Source: Deltaproteobacteria bacterium HGW-Deltaproteobacteria-6
Lineage (GTDB): Bacteria; Desulfobacterota; Syntrophia; Syntrophales; Smithellaceae
Direction: 5' to 3'
Length of the DNA: 64,000 bases
Assembly: GCA_002840435.1 (NCBI GenBank)
Contig: PHAT01000002.1
Coordinates: 202,696-266,695 of the forward strand
The position numbers and the translations under genes are program-made. Positions within the stretch are counted from its first letter, which is position 1. Each line of letters starts with the position of its first letter. Below the pieces are notes generated by a model. It did no database searches. It had not been told where the DNA came from and was given only the letters and a program-made list of their open reading frames with translations. This document shows positions 1-6,617 of this stretch, in pieces.

Positions 1-721
1 CCTGGGCAGCTTTGCGATTTTTGTGGGATTTAAATTCTTTCATCTCACCTTTCAGCTGTCCTACGCGGTTGCCTTTGCGGGATTTCTGACCGTGGCCGTT
101 CTTTTATATCAGATGCAGAAAGATCAGCCGTACGCCGCCGCGACGAAATTTCAGCTGCGCAGGGAATACAAACTGTTTTACTGGCTCAATATTTTATACG
201 GGACGCGCAAACAGATTTTTCTGACCTTTGCGCCCTGGGTGCTGGTGACGGTTTTTCATCAAAAAACACAGATGCTGGCGACCCTGTTGACCATCGGCGG
301 CGCAATCGGCATTTTTTTCAAGCCGGTTCTGGGACGGGCGATTGACAAGCTGGGCGAAAGATTCATCCTCACGTCGGAAGCGGTATTGCTGGTATTTGTC
401 TGTATCGGTTACGGGTATTCGCTGGTATTATTTTCAGAAACGACGGCTTTGATTGTAGCGTCCGCCTGCTTTATCGTGGATCAGCTCCTGATGTCCGTTG
501 GCATGGCGCGGGCAACTTACCTGCTGAAAATCGCCGTCCGGCCTGAGGATGTTACCCAGACCCTGACCATGGGTGTGACCATCGATCATATCTTTTCCAT
601 CTCCGTCGCGCTTCTGGGAGGCTTTATCTGGGTGACCTGGGGATATCAATTTGTCTTTTTACTGGGTGCGGCCATTGCCGTTTTGAACTTCTTTTCGGCA
701 TTGAGAGTTCGGACGAGATGA
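1..721 (+). CDS. C-terminal part of a polytopic membrane transporter (MFS-like); 5' end lies outside the window
   Basis: The frame is open from nt 2 (LGSFAIF...), so the GTG at 23 in the ORF track is probably internal. The translation is a series of hydrophobic helices separated by short basic loops (e.g. GRAIDKLGERF), typical of MFS permeases. The family call is by eye only. Confidence 0.55.
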   Translation, partial: LGSFAIFVGFKFFHLTFQLSYAVAFAGFLTVAVLLYQMQKDQPYAAATKFQLRREYKLFYWLNILYGTRKQIFLTFAPWVLVTVFHQKTQMLATLLTIGGAIGIFFKPVLGRAIDKLGERFILTSEAVLLVFVCIGYGYSLVLFSETTALIVASACFIVDQLLMSVGMARATYLLKIAVRPEDVTQTLTMGVTIDHIFSISVALLGGFIWVTWGYQFVFLLGAAIAVLNFFSALRVRTR

Positions 722-970
722 TGTAGATTATTGAATCGAATGGGCAGAAGAGTCATTTAGCATGATCTTGCAGGAAGCCGAATACGCTATGAAGTTGCCA
801 TGGGGCATAACCTGATGACCTGACCACCTAAAGGTGGCGCGAGGTCACGCGGGGTCCGAGCGCCGGAATCCAGGATGTTTTTAAAAAAGTTCCAGAACCC
901 GGCTTTTGCCGGATGACGATCTGGGCTTTTTCATCAGTAAAATAAATCAAAAATAAAGGAAACAGGACTT

Positions 971-1789
971 ATGGAAAAATACCTTGTAAAGATCATTTAC
1001 ATTGTGCTGGTTATCGTATTTCTGTTTTTGAGTAAAAAAATTGCCGATGCCATTACCCGGTTTGATGATGATGCGCAAATAAGTCAGAATGAAAATCTGG
1101 CGATTGCGCTCAGGCGCTTCGGCATTTTTGTAGGGATTTGTATCGCCTTGCAGGCGCTGAACATTGGCGCCTCGACTTACCGGGACATCGGTCTCTTCGC
1201 AATCTACGCTCTCATTGTGGTGCTCATCTTTTTTGCCGCTCATTTCATCAACGATTTTATTATCATTCCCAGTGCCTGTAATAATGAGCTGGTCAAAGCC
1301 GGCAATGTCCCGACAGGCCTTATCGAAGCGGGCGCGTTTATCGCCACCGGTATTCTGGTCAATGGGGCTTTCTCCGGAGAGGAGGGCGGTATCTTAAGCG
1401 CGGCGGCTTTTTTCTTTTTGGGACAGGTCGTCATGATTGCGGCGATTTACATCCACGAAAAAATATATCGCTTTCATGTCACCCGGTGTGTGCAGGATAA
1501 TAACCTGAGCGCCGGCGTGGCGGTGGCCGGACTCCTCGTGGCCTACAGTATCATTTTACGCGCCAGCATTGCCGGAGATTTTACCGGATGGGTTCCGAGT
1601 CTTACGGCATTTGCCGTAAGCGCCGTTACAGGAATGATCGCTCTGATTATTTTTGAGAGGATTGCCGCGTTGATTTTTCTTCCTAAAACGTCGATTGGCG
1701 ATGCCATCCGGGACGGCAATACCGCGGCCGTTGTTTTAGTACAGGCCATTACGATCGGGCTGTCACTCATGATCAGCCAGCTTATTTGA
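971..1789 (+). CDS. DUF350-family integral membrane protein (YjfL-like, duplicated)
   Basis: 272 aa with multiple TM helices. It shows two DUF350-like blocks (NENLAIALRRFGIFVGICIAL and NLSAGVAVAGLLVAYSIIL). The gene order DUF350 -> DUF1190 -> GspS-like matches E. coli yjfL-yjfM-yjfC. Confidence 0.7.
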   Translation: MEKYLVKIIYIVLVIVFLFLSKKIADAITRFDDDAQISQNENLAIALRRFGIFVGICIALQALNIGASTYRDIGLFAIYALIVVLIFFAAHFINDFIIIPSACNNELVKAGNVPTGLIEAGAFIATGILVNGAFSGEEGGILSAAAFFFLGQVVMIAAIYIHEKIYRFHVTRCVQDNNLSAGVAVAGLLVAYSIILRASIAGDFTGWVPSLTAFAVSAVTGMIALIIFERIAALIFLPKTSIGDAIRDGNTAAVVLVQAITIGLSLMISQLI

Positions 1790-1808
1790 CGAGGGTCGGA
1801 AGCAAATC

Positions 1809-2447
1809 ATGAAAAAAAATACAACCGGCAAAATAATTATCGGCGGCATATTTTTTCTGGCCAACAGCCTGATCATCGGCTGCGATTCGGCGGATGATCA
1901 GGTGATGCAGGGTGGAACGCGCTCTTTCGGAGACAATGCCGGCAGCGGGGCTGCCTACCAGCAAAGCGGTGTCATGACCATGGTGGAAGAGATCGCTCCT
2001 GACGAATTCCGGATCGACAAAGAATATCCCAGTAAAACAACCGGCGTGGTCGTTTCGCGTCTGGACGGAACCAAAGAAGTGATCCCCGAAGAAAAACTGC
2101 CGGCGATCATGGAGCAGCAAAATAAGGAGAAGGGCATGGGGCTGGGATCCGTGCTGGCCGCGGGTATGGTCGGTTACATGATGGGGAAAAATTCTTCGCT
2201 CAGCCCTTATGTCTATAAGGATGACAATCTTTACAAACAAAGCTTGCTGAATCGGCAACTTTTCTACCGGCAGCAGGAAGAAGAGGACAAGCGGCGGGGC
2301 TATACAGGCGGCTACTGGTCGGGCGGCCGTTATTACAACCCTTCACGTTCCGCGGGCGGTGGACAGCAGGTCGGGAGGCCTGGAACCGGTTCGGCCAAAA
2401 CCGGATTTTTCTCCCGTCTGGGCAGCAGCTTCCGGGGCTTAAGCTGA
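1809..2447 (+). CDS. DUF1190-family lipoprotein (YjfM-like)
   Basis: 212 aa with lipobox LIIGC|DS. The central GSVLAAGMVGYMMGK block and the Gly/Arg/Ser-rich C-terminal tail resemble E. coli YjfM. The stop overlaps the next start (TGATG), suggesting translational coupling. Confidence 0.65.
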   Translation: MKKNTTGKIIIGGIFFLANSLIIGCDSADDQVMQGGTRSFGDNAGSGAAYQQSGVMTMVEEIAPDEFRIDKEYPSKTTGVVVSRLDGTKEVIPEEKLPAIMEQQNKEKGMGLGSVLAAGMVGYMMGKNSSLSPYVYKDDNLYKQSLLNRQLFYRQQEEEDKRRGYTGGYWSGGRYYNPSRSAGGGQQVGRPGTGSAKTGFFSRLGSSFRGLS

Positions 2448-3625
2448 TGAAAATTATTCCCGTCAGACCGGTGCCCGATGAAATCTACGAGAAACTGGGG
2501 TTCTACTGGTATGCATCCCCGCAGGATAAATCGTACGTTGCCGGTGAACTGGTTGTGGTCAGCAAAAAAGAAGGCGACGCCTATTACAGCGCCGCCAACG
2601 AACTCTATGATATGTATGTGCAGGCCGGACAATATGTCATTGACCGGAAGCTTTACGCAGAGCTCGATATTCCGCCCAGCCTTGTGGAAATGATTGAAAC
2701 CAGTTGGGAAGACGACAGCCACTTTCATTTGCTGGGGCGTTTTGATCTGGCCGGGGGCCTGGATGGCTTGCCCATCAAGCTCATCGAGTTCAATGCCGAT
2801 ACGCCCTCGCTGATTTTTGAAGTGGCGCTGGTCCAGTGGCTGCTTTTGAAGCACAACAAAATGACGGAAGAAAATCAGTACAATAATCTCTACGAGGCGA
2901 TTAAAGAAAGTTTCGGCAGGTTAAAAGCGCGGCATCCCGTCTTCGGCAAGGCTGACGACCGCATTGCGCATGCGTTGTTTTCCTGTCTCGAAGGCGCGGG
3001 CGCAGAAGATGAAAACACCGTGAGGCTTATCGAGGAGATTGCCTACGAGGCAGGATTTATCACCGGATTTGACTATGTGGAAAAAGTTTTCTTCGGGGCG
3101 GAAGAAGGTATTCTCGACAAAGAAGGGAATGCTTTCGATTACTGGTTCAAGCTGCTTCCCTATGAGCACATCTGCGTTCACGAGCCGGAACTGGCGGTGC
3201 TGCTCACTGAGATCCTCCGCCGCAAACGCTGCATCCTGCTCAATCCTCCTTATACGCTGCTTTTCCAGTCCAAGATGATTATGAAAGTGCTCTGGGACCT
3301 GTTTCCGAATCATCCACTGCTGCTGGAAACGGATACCAGGTATCTGACCGGCAAAAAGTGTGTGGAGAAGCGGACGTTCAGCCGGGAAGGCGACAACATC
3401 CGCGTTTTTGACGCACAGCGAAATGTGATCGATATGCGCCATGGTGAATACGCGATGTACGGCAAAATTTATCAGGCCTGGGCCGACCTGCCGCAGGACG
3501 CGGAAGGCAGGCTGTATCAGGCCGGTGTATTCTTCTCTTATGAAGCCTGCGGCCTGGGCTTCCGCCGTGAAAAAGGCATCATCCACAACCAGTCGCAGTT
3601 TGCGGGACACTATGTGGAAGGATAA
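2447..3625 (+). CDS. Glutathionylspermidine-synthase-like ATP-grasp protein without amidase domain (YjfC/YgiC class)
   Basis: 392 aa. Conserved blocks KLIEFNADTPS, WFKLLPYEH and LLNPPYTLLFQSKMIMKVLWDLFPNHPLLLET are characteristic of GspS-type ATP-grasp ligases. Confidence 0.8.
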   Translation: MKIIPVRPVPDEIYEKLGFYWYASPQDKSYVAGELVVVSKKEGDAYYSAANELYDMYVQAGQYVIDRKLYAELDIPPSLVEMIETSWEDDSHFHLLGRFDLAGGLDGLPIKLIEFNADTPSLIFEVALVQWLLLKHNKMTEENQYNNLYEAIKESFGRLKARHPVFGKADDRIAHALFSCLEGAGAEDENTVRLIEEIAYEAGFITGFDYVEKVFFGAEEGILDKEGNAFDYWFKLLPYEHICVHEPELAVLLTEILRRKRCILLNPPYTLLFQSKMIMKVLWDLFPNHPLLLETDTRYLTGKKCVEKRTFSREGDNIRVFDAQRNVIDMRHGEYAMYGKIYQAWADLPQDAEGRLYQAGVFFSYEACGLGFRREKGIIHNQSQFAGHYVEG

Positions 3626-3770
3626 ATAACATATTTGCTGTAATATTTTGCTCGATCCCCATTCTGTTCATCCCTCAAGTTTCGTAATAACTTAACCGAT
3701 ATCATCGTTGAAATACTCTGAAAAAATCGGGAGAAAAGAGAAAAATATTCTTGCAGAGAGGATCGTGCAG

Positions 3771-4700
3771 ATGACCGGTATCAGTCAAACAGGAGCTTAT
3801 CTTTCGGCGATCGACCTGCTGGGGAAGAAATATGCTTCAGCCAATAGCAAACCTCGCACAGCAAAGGATACTATTATCGACAGCATCCGCCGGATCGATC
3901 CGAAAAACGCCGACGCACTGGAAAAGCAATTGAACGATACTAAACAGGTGATTGCGCAGTTGCAAAACAGCAAAGTTTACGGGGCGCAGTCAAGCAAAGC
4001 GGCTGCCGCAGAAAAACTCAAGCGCATCAAGGCGGAAATACAAATGCTGAAAGCGATGGGTGGTGATCCCAGGGTCGTTGCGAAGCAAATTGCCAGGCTG
4101 GCCAAAGAACTTGCGGCCGCGGTTCGTGAATATGCTTCCGCCAGCGGCGCGACCTCTCCTGATCAGACAGCTTCGACCGCTGTCGCAGCAAATACCTTCG
4201 GCAATAACGTTACCGCGTTAAATACCGTCGCAGGCAGCACAACCGATAGTGGGACGGCTGTATCGGCGAGTGTTGCTGCTACGGCAGGGTCCGGTGAAAC
4301 ATCCGCGCCCGAAGGAAAAGATAAAAAGGTTGATGGCGCCACGCAGGTGCAGGATTCCGCAGCGACGGCCACGACCGGAGCGGCGCTGGCTCAAGGCGCT
4401 CGGCAATATCAGGAAACCCAACAGCAGAAATTCAAAAACGATGTCCAGGAACAGGGCGCGAAGATCATGAAGAAGACCCTGGGGGCTATTGCCGACCGGG
4501 AGTTTGCCAATGATGTGAGCATCGTGGCGGCCCGCCTTAAGGCACTAGCCGGGCAGATAAAGCAGCGCCTGCATGAGAAGGGGGACCACAAAGTGGATCA
4601 GGATATCCGCCAAATCGGCCAGGAGCTTCTCAATGTCGAAAAAATCGTTTCCGCTATTACCGCTCCAAATCAGGGCATCATGGCGAATGATTACGCCTGA
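3771..4700 (+). CDS. Hypothetical protein with Ala/Lys-rich helical ends and an Ala/Thr/Ser-rich low-complexity centre
   Basis: The long ORF has no competing ORF of similar quality. I prefer the ATG at 3771, preceded by GAGAGGA, over the TTG at 3708 used in the track. No recognisable family motif. Confidence 0.5.
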   Translation: MTGISQTGAYLSAIDLLGKKYASANSKPRTAKDTIIDSIRRIDPKNADALEKQLNDTKQVIAQLQNSKVYGAQSSKAAAAEKLKRIKAEIQMLKAMGGDPRVVAKQIARLAKELAAAVREYASASGATSPDQTASTAVAANTFGNNVTALNTVAGSTTDSGTAVSASVAATAGSGETSAPEGKDKKVDGATQVQDSAATATTGAALAQGARQYQETQQQKFKNDVQEQGAKIMKKTLGAIADREFANDVSIVAARLKALAGQIKQRLHEKGDHKVDQDIRQIGQELLNVEKIVSAITAPNQGIMANDYA

Positions 4701-4844
4701 AGCATTCAGGTCTCGAGACGTTTTTCATTCATCCCGTTGAATAATTTTCCTTTCGTAACAACATCAGCCGGGCGTTTCCGAATCATTTACCCCGAAAAAA
4801 TCATCGTCCCGCAGTTTATAAGGTTTTATGTGGAATGATTTAAG

Positions 4845-4878
4845 CTTGACAATAGAATACAGAAGAATATAATGTATT
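4845..4878 (+). promoter_or_regulatory. Sigma70-type promoter with an overlapping palindromic operator upstream of the toxin-antitoxin pair
   Basis: TTGACA (4845-4850), a 16-nt spacer, then TATAAT (4867-4872). The inverted repeat GAATACA (4854-4860) / TGTATTC (4872-4878) brackets the -10 box. The antitoxin ATG is 23 nt downstream of the IR. Confidence 0.65.
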
Positions 4879-4900
4879 CAAAATAACGAGAAGGTGAAGC

Positions 4901-5146
4901 ATGGCAAAAGTTGTAACATTACGGTTAAATGACGATGTTTATCATCTGTTTGAACACTATGCAAAAGATGATAACCGGCCCCTGTCCAATTTCATAGAAA
5001 CGGCGGCAAGACGATACATTGAACAAAATGTTGAGTATGTCGATGAGTATGAGATGGACGAAATTAAAAATAACGCGGCGCTGAATGACAGCATCAAACG
5101 CGGCGTCAAAGACGCGAAAAACAAAAAAGGACGCTTCGTTGCCTGA
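4901..5146 (+). CDS. Ribbon-helix-helix (CopG/RelB-like) type II antitoxin
   Basis: 81 aa. The N-terminal beta-strand plus two helices (KVVTLRLNDDVYHLFEHYAKDDNRPLSNFIETAARRYI) fit an RHH fold. It lies immediately upstream of, and overlaps, a RelE/ParE-like ORF. Confidence 0.8.
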   Translation: MAKVVTLRLNDDVYHLFEHYAKDDNRPLSNFIETAARRYIEQNVEYVDEYEMDEIKNNAALNDSIKRGVKDAKNKKGRFVA

Positions 5147-5414
5147 TTATAAAATATTTGAAACGAACGAATTTATCAATTGCCTGGAATCTCTGCCGAG
5201 AAAAGAGAAGACGCAGATTGAAAAAAAGTTAGTTCATTTCATCTACCCGCAATTAAAGACAGAACCGCATTACGGTATTAATATAAAAAAGTTGCACGGA
5301 TACAAGCCCGATACCTGGAGATATCGGATAGGCAGCTACAGAATATTTTACATCATCGAAAATCAAATCATTAACATCTTGTCCATTGATCACAGAAAAG
5401 ATGCGTATCGATAA
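5139..5414 (+). CDS. RelE/ParE-family type II toxin
   Basis: The C-terminal block GYKPDTWRYRIGSYRIFYIIENQIINILSIDHRKDAYR is the typical RelE/ParE signature. The preferred start is the TTG at 5139, with AGGA 8-10 nt upstream, giving 91 aa and an 8-nt overlap with the antitoxin. The track's ATG at 5085 is an alternative. Confidence 0.8.
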   Translation: MPDYKIFETNEFINCLESLPRKEKTQIEKKLVHFIYPQLKTEPHYGINIKKLHGYKPDTWRYRIGSYRIFYIIENQIINILSIDHRKDAYR

Positions 5415-5446
5415 AATATTTGAACGGTTTAGTCGACCCTCCTGCT

Positions 5447-5477
5447 GGTTCAATCATTCTGATTGAACCTTTTATTT
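5447..5477 (+). terminator. Rho-independent terminator of the relBE-like operon; also copy 1 of the CTGGTTCAATC hairpin repeat
   Basis: Perfect 9-bp stem GGTTCAATC / GATTGAACC with loop ATTCT, followed by TTTTATTT. Confidence 0.75.
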
Positions 5478-5533
5478 GATCTTGCTATAAAGCACAAATC
5501 TGCGAGCCACATTATTAATTGGGAAAACATACT

Positions 5534-5557
5534 GGTTCAATCCGTTGGATTGAATCC
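5534..5557. repeat. Copy 2 of the CTGGTTCAATC hairpin repeat
   Basis: GGTTCAATCC gttg GGATTGAATCC, preceded by CT as in copy 1. It lies 87 nt downstream of copy 1 and has no U-tract. Confidence 0.6.
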
Positions 5558-5620
5558 GCAAGAGGAATGATTTACCGCATCATGCGTATGTTTATACAAA
5601 AGACATTTTAAGGAGGCGGC

Positions 5621-6409
5621 ATGGAAAAACATCGTCAATGGAACAATAAAGTAAACATCCGTGTAATGATCTTATTCGTTTTAATTGCAGTAGTGATTAC
5701 GAGCATCTGTGCATGCGGATGGCTGGATTCAACAAGCTGGAAGGAAGAAGTGCTTTTGCATGACGGCAGCAAAATCATTGTGAAGCGGTGGCAAAAACAG
5801 ATGCGTAATTTAGGGCAAAAATCACTTATTGAGGAGCAATCCATTAGTTTTAAACTGCCGGGACAGAACAAGAAGATCACATGGAAAGATGGGCCCACCA
5901 AGGATATTCGATCTGCAAATTTTCATTTGATTGCAATGCATATAAAGGACAACGTACCCTACATAATCGCAACAGCATATGGCTGTTTATCTTATAATAA
6001 ATGGGATCGACCGAATCCACCCTATGTGATTTTTAAATTTGATGGCAATGAATGGCAACGTATTCCGCTACCGGATTTGCCGTTGGAGTTTGTAAACGTC
6101 AATCTTATTATTAATTCAACAGGGCATGAAGAACAAAATGCTGCCCGTCAAGGCGTGGTCTACGCAGAAGATATAAAGGAGCTCAATAAAAGTCTAGTAC
6201 AGAAAGAATATAAGTCTATTGCACGCACACCGTTGGTTGGCGTGGGGTGTGAAGGTATGATTTATGATGGGAGCGGATGGAGGGGTGTTGATTATTCTAA
6301 AATGAAAGTATCTTATAAAAGATGCATTGAGCTGTGTAAGAAGATGTTATCTAATATGAAATATTGTCCATGCGACAAATATTTTAGTAAAGACAGTTTA
6401 GGGGAATGA
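5621..6409 (+). CDS. Hypothetical lipoprotein or membrane-anchored protein (AT-rich islet gene)
   Basis: 262 aa. N-terminal hydrophobic segment with Cys (VVITSICAC|GW) and a GGAGG RBS upstream. Composition is visibly AT-richer than the flanking genes. No family motif recognised. Confidence 0.6.
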   Translation: MEKHRQWNNKVNIRVMILFVLIAVVITSICACGWLDSTSWKEEVLLHDGSKIIVKRWQKQMRNLGQKSLIEEQSISFKLPGQNKKITWKDGPTKDIRSANFHLIAMHIKDNVPYIIATAYGCLSYNKWDRPNPPYVIFKFDGNEWQRIPLPDLPLEFVNVNLIINSTGHEEQNAARQGVVYAEDIKELNKSLVQKEYKSIARTPLVGVGCEGMIYDGSGWRGVDYSKMKVSYKRCIELCKKMLSNMKYCPCDKYFSKDSLGE

Positions 6410-6490
6410 AAATGGGCAACTATTGCTGGTCAACAGCCAAACTAATTCCGGCGTCCAATCGAAGATGATATCAAGGCGTCAAGATATTTT

Positions 6491-6612
6491 GGGCTGTTCA
6501 AAAGTGCTCAGATGCAAGGCCCCCGAGTTCTGAGGAGTGAGGCGTATCTTAGTATACGCCGCAGCGACGAAGGGCGAGGGAAACGCAGCAGATGGGCACT
6601 TTTCAACGGCCC
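6491..6612. repeat. Nested-palindrome intergenic element (family 2, copy A)
   Basis: Outer arms GGGCTGTTCAAAAGTGCTCAGATGC (6491-6515) and GCAGATGGGCACTTTTCAACGGCCC (6588-6612) are about 20/25 complementary. The inner hairpin is GGCGTAT-cttagt-ATACGCC (6541-6560). The element ends 6 nt before the priA stop. Confidence 0.7.
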
Positions 6613-6617
6613 CACCA

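Noticed and set aside
722-970. Possible structured RNA (TGACCTGACCACCTAAAGGTGGCGCGAGGTCA nested hairpin) upstream of the DUF350 gene
   Set aside because: It has a single hairpin and no recognisable riboswitch core. It is insufficient to call from one sequence.
2921-3610. 229-aa minus-strand ORF
   Set aside because: It is antisense to the GspS-like ATP-grasp gene.
5430-5570. Integron attC sites / gene cassettes, because hairpins lie right after small accessory ORFs including a TA pair
   Set aside because: The hairpins do not contain the RYYYAAC / GTTRRRY core sites. No intI or attI is in the window. The first hairpin has a U-tract and behaves like an ordinary terminator.
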